In this document: piece after piece, positions 28,651-37,804 of the stretch
How positions within the stretch are numbered: the first letter of the stretch is position 1
How the letters are laid out: each line of letters starts with the position of its first letter
Assembly (NCBI GenBank): GCA_014859065.1
Contig: JACUUU010000002.1
Location: 1-39,911, forward strand
Source: Anaerolineales bacterium
GTDB lineage: Bacteria; Chloroflexota; Anaerolineae; Anaerolineales; UBA4823
DNA: 39,911 nucleotides
Reading direction: 5' to 3'
Translations under genes and position numbers: made by a program
The notes under the pieces: model-generated
Seen by the model: only the letters and a program-made list of their open reading frames with translations
What the model was told of the DNA's origin: nothing
The model's database searches: none

Positions 28651-30309
28651 TTAGAATGTCGAGTTGAAAGCCTCAATTTTTTCCCTCAACCTGGCTTCAA
28701 TGTCATCAGTGATGCGCTTCTCCTTATGGATATCTTTACCAATATCCGGGTGAGAGGTCTCAAAATAACGCATCAATCCAGACTTCCAGGATTCCATCCG
28801 ATCCAATGAAATTTTATCAGCATATCCATTAGTTCCTGCAAACAGAAGAATCACCTGATTCTCCAGTGACATGGGTTGGTACTGCAGTTGTTTGAGTATC
28901 TCCTGGAGGCGTAAACCACGATTTAATTGCGATTGAGTAGCTTTATCCAGGTCTGAACCAAATTGGGCAAATGCAGCCAGCTCCCGAAATGCTGCCATAT
29001 CCAAACGCAACCGACCAGCTACCTGACGCATAGCACGCACTTGGGCATCTCCACCAACCCTGGATACTGATAAGCCTACATTGATAGCCGGACGGATACC
29101 TGCATAGAACAGGTTGCTTTCCAAATAGATTTGTCCATCTGTGATTGAGATCACATTGGTGGGGATATACGCAGAGACATCTCCCAACAGAGTTTCAATG
29201 ATCGGCAATGCTGTTAATGACCCACCAGTTCCGTTGACTTTAACAACTTTATAATCTTCGCTGTCATCCATGGCTGATAATGCGGATTCAGCATCATCAT
29301 TAGCAAGCATGCCAGCATACACCTTCCCATCCACGGCATCTTCAGCCAGCCCACGCTCGCCATCATAATCTTTGGGGACTATCACAAATTGATCTGCTAA
29401 GCGTGCAGCCCTTTCCAGTAAGCGGGAGTGAAGATAGAAAACATCTCCAGGATATGCCTCCCGACCCGGGGGACGGCGCATTAGGAGTGATACTTCACGA
29501 TATGCCCAGGCATGTTTGGAAAGGTCATCATAAATTACCAGGGCATCTTTACCCATCTCCATGAATTCCTCACCCATAGCGCAGCCAGCATACGGAGCGA
29601 TATACTGCATGGCTGCAGATTCATCCGCGGATGCCACCACCACAATCGTGTAATCCATAGCACCACTGCGTTCCAAGATATCAACCGTCCGAGCGATACC
29701 AGCTTTCTTCTGGCCGATAGCTACATAAATACACAGCAAATCTTTCCCCTTTTGGTTGAGGATCGTATCTATGGCAATTGCAGTTTTACCAGTCTGCCGG
29801 TCACCAATGATTAATTCTCGCTGTCCCCTACCTATAGGTGTCATAGAATCAATCGCGATGATGCCAGTTTGAACAGGAGTATCAACATCTTTGCGGGCGA
29901 CCACGCCAGGAGCGATACGCTCGATCTCCCGGAAACTTTCGGTCTTAATAACTCCTTTCCCATCAATAGGCTGCCCCAGCGCATTCACCACCCTCCCAAC
30001 CAGCGCATCCCCTACGGGTACAGAAGCAATTCGACCGGTTGAACTTAATGACATGCCCTCATCGATTTCGGAGTATTCACCTACAATAATGACACCGACA
30101 TTATCTTTTTCCAAGTTGAAGGCGATGCCCATTACACCATTTGCGAACTGAACTAATTCCTGGGCATGGATATCGCCCAAACCACTTACCAGAGCGATCC
30201 CGTCACCAGCCTCTAGTACTTTACCAACTTCACGCACTCCAATACTTGGTTCGAAGGTTTCGATTTGCTTCTGCAAATCACTAGAAATCTTCGTAATCAG
30301 GTCAGTCAT
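28651..30309 (-). CDS. atpA: F-type ATP synthase subunit alpha (552 aa, carries an internal insertion)
   Basis: Walker A GDRQTGKT, with [12 protein letters not shown] and [11 protein letters not shown] motifs. AGGAGG lies upstream of the ATG. Confidence 0.97.
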   Translation of the reverse strand: MTDLITKISSDLQKQIETFEPSIGVREVGKVLEAGDGIALVSGLGDIHAQELVQFANGVMGIAFNLEKDNVGVIIVGEYSEIDEGMSLSSTGRIASVPVGDALVGRVVNALGQPIDGKGVIKTESFREIERIAPGVVARKDVDTPVQTGIIAIDSMTPIGRGQRELIIGDRQTGKTAIAIDTILNQKGKDLLCIYVAIGQKKAGIARTVDILERSGAMDYTIVVVASADESAAMQYIAPYAGCAMGEEFMEMGKDALVIYDDLSKHAWAYREVSLLMRRPPGREAYPGDVFYLHSRLLERAARLADQFVIVPKDYDGERGLAEDAVDGKVYAGMLANDDAESALSAMDDSEDYKVVKVNGTGGSLTALPIIETLLGDVSAYIPTNVISITDGQIYLESNLFYAGIRPAINVGLSVSRVGGDAQVRAMRQVAGRLRLDMAAFRELAAFAQFGSDLDKATQSQLNRGLRLQEILKQLQYQPMSLENQVILLFAGTNGYADKISLDRMESWKSGLMRYFETSHPDIGKDIHKEKRITDDIEARLREKIEAFNSTF

Positions 30310-30379
30310 CTTACCTCCTGGTATATGATCATTTCGAGCAAATCCTCAAAGAAATTTGACCATGCTTTAGACAAATTCA

Positions 30380-31453
30380 TTAAGCGGTAAACCCTAGTAC
30401 TGTATCTGTGTTCAAACGCTTAACTAAGGCAACTATTAACTTAACAGCGTTATCAAAGTCATCACGGTGAATGATCGAACTATGTGAATGTATATGCCGG
30501 GCAGGTACTCCTATCACTACAGTAGGAACTCCAGTATTGTGCAAGTGGATCGCACCGCCATCTGTTGCACCACGCTCTACGTAGGAGACCTGCAAAGGAA
30601 CGTCCAATTCTTTCGACAGATCCAATACAAGGTCTCGTAATTTAAGATTTGGGATCATACGAGCATCATAGATCAATACCGTTGGACCTTTACCGAGTTT
30701 AATGGAAGATTCTTCAGGCTTAATTCCTGGGATATCTCCAGCAATATCAGATTCAAGCACAATAGCCACATCAGGGTTTACTGCTCTGACACTAGTGGTC
30801 GCACCTCGCAGACCAACTTCTTCCATAACCGTCACCACCCCGAATAATGTATTGGGTAATTCGACATCCTGCATAGCCTGTAAGGTTGAGATAACCAAAG
30901 CTGTGCCCACACGGTTATCAAAAGCTTTCGACAGGTATGTTTTACCACCCGCTAATTCTACAAAATCAGCTCGGGGTACAATCGCATCCCCAACCTGCAC
31001 ACCGGCAGCCTCAACTTCTTCCTGATTGGTGGCGCCAATATCAATATACATATCCTTCTTGTTGACCACCTTCTTTCGTTCTTCTTCAGAAAGCATATGG
31101 GGAGGTTTTGCACCGATAACTCCAACAACGTCTCCTTTGCGGGTTTTTATGATCACTCGCTGCCCTAGAAGGGCTTGGTCGAACCAGCCTCCTAATGGTA
31201 AGAAGTTGATGAAACCCTCCTTGGTGATATGTTTGACCATAAAACCGATTTCATCCATGTGGCCGACCAACATTACTTTAGGGCTATCGACCGAGCTCCT
31301 TAATTGGCAAATCACACTCCCAATTTTGTCTTGAGAGACTTGACCTAACGAATCCAGATGTTTACGAACCACGGCCCGGACGGGAGCTTCATATCCGGGC
31401 ACGCCATGTGCTTCTGTCAATTCAATTAATAACTGCAAAGTTGAATCTTCCAT
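30380..31453 (-). CDS. M42 family metallopeptidase (glutamyl aminopeptidase/FrvX-like)
   Basis: GHMDEIGFMV, AFDNRVG and EEVGLRGA motifs typical of peptidase family M42. Confidence 0.85.
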   Translation of the reverse strand: MEDSTLQLLIELTEAHGVPGYEAPVRAVVRKHLDSLGQVSQDKIGSVICQLRSSVDSPKVMLVGHMDEIGFMVKHITKEGFINFLPLGGWFDQALLGQRVIIKTRKGDVVGVIGAKPPHMLSEEERKKVVNKKDMYIDIGATNQEEVEAAGVQVGDAIVPRADFVELAGGKTYLSKAFDNRVGTALVISTLQAMQDVELPNTLFGVVTVMEEVGLRGATTSVRAVNPDVAIVLESDIAGDIPGIKPEESSIKLGKGPTVLIYDARMIPNLKLRDLVLDLSKELDVPLQVSYVERGATDGGAIHLHNTGVPTVVIGVPARHIHSHSSIIHRDDFDNAVKLIVALVKRLNTDTVLGFTA

Positions 31454-31540
31454 GCTGAAAGAACCTTCCTCAATGAGTCTTTGGGCTTAAACGGTCAAAT
31501 AATAACTGAAAGCATCCATCTTGTCCAGTTATTCTCTTTA

Positions 31541-32425
31541 TCACTCCTCGCCTACCTGGTTGTTTTCAGGCGAACGGCTTTCACCATTCTTGCCTAATTG
31601 TTGAGAACGTTCATAAGCTGCCCAGATAGCGCGTGAAATTGCTGTGCGAAAGCCAGCTTTTTCTAAATAGTAAATTGCTGCTGCAGACGTTCCACCCGGC
31701 GATGTGACCTGATTTCGAAGATGCGCGAGGTGGACATCATCAGTTGCTTTAGTATAATAGTCCACGGAGCCACGCACAGTTTGCGCTACAAGTTGTTCAG
31801 CGACCCTGCGGGGAAAACCCAGGTGAACCCCAGCATCTACCATGGCTTCCATAAATAAGAAAACATAAGCAGGGCCGGTACCAGATAATGCAGTTGCCAT
31901 ATCCAGGTACTGCTCTTCTCCAAGGTAAATCTCTTTCCCGAAGGCTCCAAGAATCTGGCGTGCTGTTTGTTTCTGCTCGTCAGTGACCGATTCCGCTGCT
32001 GTCCAAACTGTGATCCCTTCTCCAATTTGAGCTGGTGTATTGGGCATTGCCCTTACCACAGCTGAGTGATGCAAATTATCCTGGATCTTGCTAATTTGCG
32101 CACCAGCTACTATCGAGAGCACCAATGCATCGGATCGAATCATCCCCTGAATTCCCTCCAGAACATGCGCCAATCGTTGAGGTTTTACAGATAAGACAAC
32201 CACATTAGCTTCTCTAGCAGCAGAAGCATTATCTGACTCAACTGCAATGTTATAACGACTAGCTAATACCTGTAAGTGATTTCGGCGTGGCCCCGCAGCG
32301 ATCAGCATTTCAGGGCTGGATACCTTTTGACGGATCAAACCGGCGATCATCGCTTCAGCCATGACACCGGGACCAATAAATGCGATGCGTTTATCTGCCT
32401 TCAATTTTATACCTCTATTTTCCAA
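31541..32425 (-). CDS. proC: Pyrroline-5-carboxylate reductase
   Basis: Rossmann motif IAFIGPGVMAEAM and C-terminal SPGGTSAAAI motif. Overlaps the ruvA 3' end by 11 nt. Confidence 0.9.
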   Translation of the reverse strand: MENRGIKLKADKRIAFIGPGVMAEAMIAGLIRQKVSSPEMLIAAGPRRNHLQVLASRYNIAVESDNASAAREANVVVLSVKPQRLAHVLEGIQGMIRSDALVLSIVAGAQISKIQDNLHHSAVVRAMPNTPAQIGEGITVWTAAESVTDEQKQTARQILGAFGKEIYLGEEQYLDMATALSGTGPAYVFLFMEAMVDAGVHLGFPRRVAEQLVAQTVRGSVDYYTKATDDVHLAHLRNQVTSPGGTSAAAIYYLEKAGFRTAISRAIWAAYERSQQLGKNGESRSPENNQVGEE

Positions 32426-32993
32426 AATATTGTAACGCCAAACGAAGACGTGTCTCCAAGTCTTCGGGTGTATCTAACGGTAAAGACTGGACAGCAGTTT
32501 GGGCTTCTACCAAGCTGTAACCCAGGCTGGTGAGGGCGTTGACAACTTCACGGTCGGCTTCGCTTACCTCCGGAACAGGCAACAACCCCTCTACTGATTT
32601 TATGCGATCCTGCAGATGAATCAAGATCTTCTGAGCAGTTCGCTTACCTACCCCCGGTACCCGGCCAAACACCTCAGGTTGTTCATTGAATACCGCTCTA
32701 CGGATAGCATCTGGATCCATAACAGAAAGAATTGCCAGAGCCAGACGGGGGCCTACCCCGTTAACCCCTAATAATAAAATGAAGAAATCCCTTGCTTCGG
32801 CGGTGTTAAAGCCGTAAAGAGTCAATGCATCCTGCCGAACCACGAGATAGGTGTGCAAAAATAGATTATCTCCAGTCTTTATGTTCACATTCAAATTGGT
32901 AGGAATGTGGACGAGTACACCTAACCCTCCAACTTCGATAACAACGCTGCCTTCCTCTATTGATAGCGCTTTTCCACTAATTGAAGCGATCAT
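32415..32993 (-). CDS. ruvA: Holliday junction branch migration complex subunit RuvA
   Basis: N-terminal OB-fold sequence MIASISGK....VVIEVGGLG, HhH motifs (GVGPRLALAILS, VPGVGKRTAQKI), and its position after ruvC. Confidence 0.9.
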   Translation of the reverse strand: MIASISGKALSIEEGSVVIEVGGLGVLVHIPTNLNVNIKTGDNLFLHTYLVVRQDALTLYGFNTAEARDFFILLLGVNGVGPRLALAILSVMDPDAIRRAVFNEQPEVFGRVPGVGKRTAQKILIHLQDRIKSVEGLLPVPEVSEADREVVNALTSLGYSLVEAQTAVQSLPLDTPEDLETRLRLALQYFGK

Positions 32994-32999
32994 ACCTTA

Positions 33000-33491
33000 T
33001 TAGCTTTCTTTCAGCCAATCTTGCCTAGAGTGTATATGACAAATCGCCACCGCTAATGCATCCGCAGCGTCATCAGGTTGTGGTAGCTCGTCAAGACCCA
33101 GAATTGCCTTAACCATTTCCTGCACTTGTTTCTTGTCAGCATTACCATAGCCTACAACAGCCTGCTTTATCTCCCTAGGAGTGTACTCACCGGCTGGAAT
33201 TTTCCCTTTAGCAAGAGCCAGTAATGCAACTCCTCGTGCTTGTCCAACGCTCATAGCAGTTTTCACATTGCGGCTGAAATAGAGTTTCTCGACTGCGCCG
33301 CAATGGGGACTGTGATGATGGAGTATCTCCTGCAAGGCGTTAAATAACTGCAGCAACCGCTCAGGCATTGCTGAAGAAGAAGGTGTCGAGATCACACCGA
33401 AATCAACTGCAGATAAGCTTCCGTCCTGGTTTTCACGCACCAAACCATATCCAGTGGACGCTGTCCCTGGATCAATACCCATCACCAGCAT
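33000..33491 (-). CDS. ruvC: Crossover junction endodeoxyribonuclease RuvC
   Basis: GIDPGTASTGYG catalytic N-terminus and C-terminal DAADALAVAICH motif. Confidence 0.92.
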   Translation of the reverse strand: MLVMGIDPGTASTGYGLVRENQDGSLSAVDFGVISTPSSSAMPERLLQLFNALQEILHHHSPHCGAVEKLYFSRNVKTAMSVGQARGVALLALAKGKIPAGEYTPREIKQAVVGYGNADKKQVQEMVKAILGLDELPQPDDAADALAVAICHIHSRQDWLKES

Positions 33492-33496
33492 TTATT

Positions 33497-34252
33497 TCAA
33501 GAAGCCTCAATTTGTGTCAGGAGCTCGTCGGATACGTAAAGATTTGAATAAACATTCTGTACATCGTCGAGCTCTTCGAGAGCATCGACTACCTTCAATA
33601 CATGCAAAGTCTCATCTGCAGAGAGTGTGATCTCATTCACCGGCATCATCCGCAAACCTGCTTCCTCAAGGTGGATACCGTTACCTGTCAACGCATCATT
33701 GATCGACTTAAAAGATTCAACTGGACCAATAACCTCAACCAAATCAGATCCGATGGTAACATCATCTGCGCCTGCATCGACAGCCAGCTCAAAGACAAGG
33801 TCAGGATCAACACCATCGAGCATAATTGAGAAATATGCCGATCGATTAAACTGCCATGAGACTGAACCACCCTCCCCCATACTGCCCCCATAACGGTTGA
33901 GCACGTGGCGGACATCAGCGACTGCCCGATTGCGATTATCAGTAACGCATTCGATCATCAGGGCAATTCCATGAGGACCATAACCCTCATAAAAAATTTC
34001 TTCCAACGCACTGCCATCTTTAGAAGTTCCAGATCCACGCGCTATTGCCCTCTCGATATTGTCTTTAGGCATATTATTTGCCCGGGCACGATCGATCGCT
34101 AGCCTGAGCCTTACATTTGCATCCGGATCTCCACCACCAATTCGGGCTGACAGGGTGATTTCCCGCGCTAGACGGGTGAAAAGCTGCCCCCGTTTTGCAT
34201 CAGCAGCCCCTTTTTTTCGTTTTATTGTGGACCATTTCGAGTGACCGGACAT
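33497..34252 (-). CDS. yebC: YebC/PmpR family DNA-binding transcriptional regulator
   Basis: The MSGHSKWSTIKRKKGAADAKRG N-terminus is diagnostic. Classic yebC-ruvC-ruvA linkage. Confidence 0.95.
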   Translation of the reverse strand: MSGHSKWSTIKRKKGAADAKRGQLFTRLAREITLSARIGGGDPDANVRLRLAIDRARANNMPKDNIERAIARGSGTSKDGSALEEIFYEGYGPHGIALMIECVTDNRNRAVADVRHVLNRYGGSMGEGGSVSWQFNRSAYFSIMLDGVDPDLVFELAVDAGADDVTIGSDLVEVIGPVESFKSINDALTGNGIHLEEAGLRMMPVNEITLSADETLHVLKVVDALEELDDVQNVYSNLYVSDELLTQIEAS

Positions 34253-34275
34253 TGTATCTTTTCTCCCAAAAAAAA

Positions 34276-35286
34276 TTATACCACCAAGACTGCTTCGCCT
34301 GAAATTCGGCTGTTTTTCAAATCCACCAGCGCTTGATTTGCATCCTCTAAACCGTATTTGGTAATTGTCGCTTGAATTGGGATCTTGGCTGCAAGTTCTA
34401 GAAATTCTACTCCATCTTCGTAGGTGGCATTCGCTACACTGCGGAGAGTACGCTCCCCATAAATTAATTCATATTTCATCTCAGGTATCGGTGAAGTATG
34501 GATCGCATTTATTGCCAGTGTGCCGGCTGGACGCAGCTTAGCCAGGATCTTAGGAACCAGCTTTCCGGATGGGGCAAAGATGATTGCCCGATCCAGGGAA
34601 ACTGGTGCCTCGTCCTCAGCACCACCAACCCAAACTGCGCCTAATTCTAGTGCATGCTGGCGATGTTCCTCCGAACGCGTAAACACATACACCTCACAGC
34701 TCCAGTAGTTGGCAACTTGAATGGTCAAATGAGCACTGGCACCAAAACCAACCAAACCGATCCGCTCACCTGGTTGGACATCTGCTTTACGCATGGCGCG
34801 ATAGCCAATTATTCCAGCACACAGCATCGGAGCTGCCTGCTCGTCTGATAACTCGGATGGTAATCGTAATACATACTTGGCTTCAGCGATCATATATTCA
34901 GCAAAACCACCATCAACATGGAAACCAGTGAAACGAGCATTTGGGCAAAGATTAGCCTCACCCCGTTTGCAAAATTCACAAACCCCATCTGTTGAATAAA
35001 GCCAGGGAACACCAACCCGATCTCCTGGTTTTAAACTTGCTGGAACACCGGCATCCAGACCAGATCCTGTCGCTTCAATGATCCCAACGACCTGGTGCCC
35101 AGGAGTCAGCGGCAAGGAAGGGGGATGGATATCCCCTTCGACGGTATGCAAGTCTGTGTGGCAAACCCCGCAAATATTTACCTTTATGCGTACCTGACCT
35201 GGACCTGGTTCGGGTAGAGGCTGGTCGATCATACTCAACGGTCGATCTACTATACTGCGCGGTTCGAACAATCGCATAGCGCGCAT
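34276..35286 (-). CDS. Zinc-dependent alcohol dehydrogenase family protein
   Basis: GVCHTDLH catalytic-zinc motif, structural-zinc Cys cluster (C.FC..G..NLC), GFGASAH Rossmann motif. The start is set at ATG 35286 (GGTGAGGA 8 nt upstream), 1 nt after the ino1 stop. Confidence 0.85.
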   Translation of the reverse strand: MRAMRLFEPRSIVDRPLSMIDQPLPEPGPGQVRIKVNICGVCHTDLHTVEGDIHPPSLPLTPGHQVVGIIEATGSGLDAGVPASLKPGDRVGVPWLYSTDGVCEFCKRGEANLCPNARFTGFHVDGGFAEYMIAEAKYVLRLPSELSDEQAAPMLCAGIIGYRAMRKADVQPGERIGLVGFGASAHLTIQVANYWSCEVYVFTRSEEHRQHALELGAVWVGGAEDEAPVSLDRAIIFAPSGKLVPKILAKLRPAGTLAINAIHTSPIPEMKYELIYGERTLRSVANATYEDGVEFLELAAKIPIQATITKYGLEDANQALVDLKNSRISGEAVLVV

Positions 35287-35287
35287 A

Positions 35288-36373
35288 TTACATATCCTCA
35301 CCTCGAATGAACGCCTCAGTCATCTCCCTGGCAATCTCGTCCTTGAATTGTTTGGGTGGGGTCTTCATAAAATATGCCGAAGGTCCTATCAGTGGACCGC
35401 TGATCCCGCGATCTAAAGCCAGCTTTGCACACCGAATGGCATCGATGATCACTCCAGCGGAGTTGGGAGAATCCCATACTTCCAACTTGGCTTCCAGATT
35501 GAGAGGTACATCCCCAAAGGTAGTCCCTTCCATCCGTAAATAGCACCACTTGCGGTCGCTCAACCAGGGCACATAATCACTGGGTCCAACATGGACGTCT
35601 TCATCAGCCAGTGGATATGGCAGCATGCTGGTAACAGCTCGGGTCTTTGAGATTTTCTTGGATTCAAGCCGGTCCCGATCGAGCATATTGAGGAAATCTG
35701 TGTTGCCACCAAAATTCAACTGGTAAGTATGATCTAACCTTACCCCGCGGTCGACAAATAAACTGGTGAGAACCCGGTGAAGAATTGTCGCCCCCACCTG
35801 GCTCTTAATATCATCGCCAATTATTGGCAGGCTGCGTTCCCGGAATCGATTTACCCAATAATCCTGGCTGGCAATAAAGACTGGTATTCCATTGACAAAT
35901 GCGCATCCAGCCTCGAGCACTTGTTCTACATACCATTTTGTTGCCATTTCAGAACCCACTGGAAGGAAGTTTACGACAACATCGGTTTGGGTGTCTTTGA
36001 GAATGCCAACAATATCATCAGTTGGCCCTGGTGCTTTTTTGACGATTTTCGTCAGATATTTCCCTAAGCCATCATGTGTCATTCCTCGCCAAACTTGAAC
36101 ATTCATTTGAGAAACATCAGCAAATTTCTTGGTGTTGTTAGGGAAGGCAAAAAGTGCTTCAGACAAATCTTTACCCACTTTGGTATCTACCACGTCAAAA
36201 GCAGCGGTAAATTCGACATCGCGAATATGATACCCTCCCAAATTTGCGTGCATAATACCAGGGATAGCCTGGTCTTCCGCTGCGTCTTTATAATAGTGAA
36301 CCCCCTGGACCAGCGAAGAAGCACAATTTCCAACCCCAATAATGGCTACACGCACTTTCTTGTTTTCTGTCAT
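35288..36373 (-). CDS. ino1: Inositol-3-phosphate (myo-inositol-1-phosphate) synthase
   Basis: [22 protein letters not shown]-binding N-terminus, FGGNTDFLN motif, and ~360 aa prokaryotic-type MIPS. The start is set at ATG 36373 (AGGAGA 5 nt upstream). Confidence 0.85.
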   Translation of the reverse strand: MTENKKVRVAIIGVGNCASSLVQGVHYYKDAAEDQAIPGIMHANLGGYHIRDVEFTAAFDVVDTKVGKDLSEALFAFPNNTKKFADVSQMNVQVWRGMTHDGLGKYLTKIVKKAPGPTDDIVGILKDTQTDVVVNFLPVGSEMATKWYVEQVLEAGCAFVNGIPVFIASQDYWVNRFRERSLPIIGDDIKSQVGATILHRVLTSLFVDRGVRLDHTYQLNFGGNTDFLNMLDRDRLESKKISKTRAVTSMLPYPLADEDVHVGPSDYVPWLSDRKWCYLRMEGTTFGDVPLNLEAKLEVWDSPNSAGVIIDAIRCAKLALDRGISGPLIGPSAYFMKTPPKQFKDEIAREMTEAFIRGEDM

Positions 36374-36542
36374 TGATATCTCCTGTGCTGCATTGTGTTT
36401 ATTGATCAATTGAAATACTTTACTTTATCTAATGAGATAGATTATGGATATTCCATTTTTCTAATTGTTTTTTGGTGTTAAAATCTCATAGTAATCCAAC
36501 CTCATTATACTGGCGATATACAGACAATTCTAGGTTAAATTT

Positions 36543-36692
36543 ATGAACGTGTATTACTCATTCTCCAGAATTAAACTAAAATTGATGGCCTCCTTATTCA
36601 TGCTCTTTTCTTTCAGCGGTTGTGAATCTCTTGAGGGGTTAGGCAAAGGGATAGGCGACCTTTTTAAGAATTTCAAAATACCATTGCCATAA
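36543..36692 (+). CDS. Small (49 aa) entericidin-like lipoprotein; not in the supplied ORF track
   Basis: ATG..TAA ORF encoding MNVYYSFSRIKLKLMASLFMLFSFSGCESLEGLGKGIGDLFKNFKIPLP. It has a signal peptide and lipobox FSGC. The mature peptide GxGxGIGD resembles entericidin A/B (GC..xxGxGxDI). Confidence 0.5.
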   Translation: MNVYYSFSRIKLKLMASLFMLFSFSGCESLEGLGKGIGDLFKNFKIPLP

Positions 36693-36733
36693 GGGTCAGC
36701 CAATAAACAAAGCTAAAACGCTAAAACGAAAAC

Positions 36734-36762
36734 TTGTCAAAGTCAAGTCGCTAGATTATAAT
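36734..36762 (+). promoter_or_regulatory. Sigma-70-type promoter for tRNA-Pro
   Basis: TTGTCA (36734-36739), a 17-nt spacer, then TATAAT (36757-36762). The -10 element ends 9 nt before the mature tRNA 5' end. Confidence 0.6.
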
Positions 36763-36771
36763 GCAAGCGTT

Positions 36772-36846
36772 CGGGGCGTGGCTCAGTCCGGCTAGAGCGC
36801 TGCGTTCGGGTCGCAGAGGCCCCCGGTTCAAATCCGGGCGCCCCGA
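36772..36846 (+). tRNA. tRNA-Pro (anticodon CGG)
   Basis: Manually folded cloverleaf. Acceptor CGGGGCG/CGCCCCG plus discriminator A, D arm GCTC/GAGC, anticodon stem CTGCG/CGCAG with loop TTCGGGT, T arm CCCGG-TTCAAAT-CCGGG. 75 nt, with the 3' CCA not encoded. Confidence 0.9.
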
Positions 36847-36855
36847 CAAAGTATA

Positions 36856-36884
36856 AAATCCGCCCAATCTGCATGGGCGGATTT
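36856..36884. terminator. Bidirectional intrinsic terminator hairpin
   Basis: AAATCCGCCCA (36856-36866), a 7-nt loop, then TGGGCGGATTT (36874-36884): an 11-bp stem with A/T runs on both sides. It lies between the tRNA (+) and the convergent WecG-like gene (-). Confidence 0.7.
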
Positions 36885-36899
36885 CCTGATTACGATCTA

Positions 36900-37712
36900 T
36901 CATTTTCTACCAGGCTTCATCAGCAAACGTTCAGAAGCAACCTGTCGCAGCAGTCTCACCAAAAATTCAGGGTTACCAAATAGATAGCGTTTCCATTTAT
37001 CAGCTGGGTTCATCAGTAAACGCCAAAACCATTCTAACCAAATGGCATTTATCCATTTAGGGACACTCGGCTCGGAACCTGCTAAGACATCAAACATAGC
37101 ACCTACAGCCCAACATACTGGAGCCGTGATATTTCGGCGATTATTAGCAATCCAGATTTCCTGCTTGGGTGTTCCCATGCCAACGAAGAGGACATGAGGC
37201 CGGGCGTTCTTGATCTCCGCCAACACTTCTAGCTCACATTTCTCCTCAAAATACCCATCATTTACACCTGCGATCCTGATCCCCGGAAATCTATTCTCCA
37301 GTCGAGCCCGTGATTTCTGAACTGTTTGTGGTTTTCCACCAAGTAAATATATCCGCAATTTGTCCTTGATGGACATCTGGCAAAAACCATCAAGCCAATC
37401 TCTCGATGTGATTTTATCAATTTTCTTTCCCTGCAGAAGATATGCTGCCAAAACCGCACCAATTCCATCAGCATAAACCAGATCTGCATCCTTAAGGATT
37501 TCAAGGTAATGTTTATTCTTATTTGCTTCATTCAGACAATGGGCGTTAACATACAAAATTGTCCTTTGGAGGTCTTGGACGCTCCAGGAGCGGATGAGCT
37601 CAATCAATCCTGAAACATCAAGCGCTTTCACATCCGTGCCCATGATATTTACATTTTGAAACTGAGACTTTGGTGACATCCCGGATTGCTCTTCAGTACC
37701 AACCATTTTCAT
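36900..37712 (-). CDS. WecB/TagA/CpsF family glycosyltransferase (WecG-like)
   Basis: Family-like features: VNAHCLN, ADLVYADGIG, VGMGTPKQE and the C-terminal RLL.NP pattern. The start is ambiguous (TTG 37742, ATG 37712 or ATG 37679). Confidence 0.75.
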   Translation of the reverse strand: MKMVGTEEQSGMSPKSQFQNVNIMGTDVKALDVSGLIELIRSWSVQDLQRTILYVNAHCLNEANKNKHYLEILKDADLVYADGIGAVLAAYLLQGKKIDKITSRDWLDGFCQMSIKDKLRIYLLGGKPQTVQKSRARLENRFPGIRIAGVNDGYFEEKCELEVLAEIKNARPHVLFVGMGTPKQEIWIANNRRNITAPVCWAVGAMFDVLAGSEPSVPKWINAIWLEWFWRLLMNPADKWKRYLFGNPEFLVRLLRQVASERLLMKPGRK

Positions 37713-37804
37713 GCCGAAAGCCGACCTTATACCCCTCTTCAAAAAGCAGAGAAAGTGACAAGAGAACTACACCCGTGATGATGGCTAAGTCCCTTTATGC
37801 GTTT

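Noticed and set aside
36398-36420. TTGTGTTTATTGATCAAT upstream of ino1, considered as a third Rex box.
   Set aside because: Only the left arm matches. The right arm (TCAAT) does not match CACAA.
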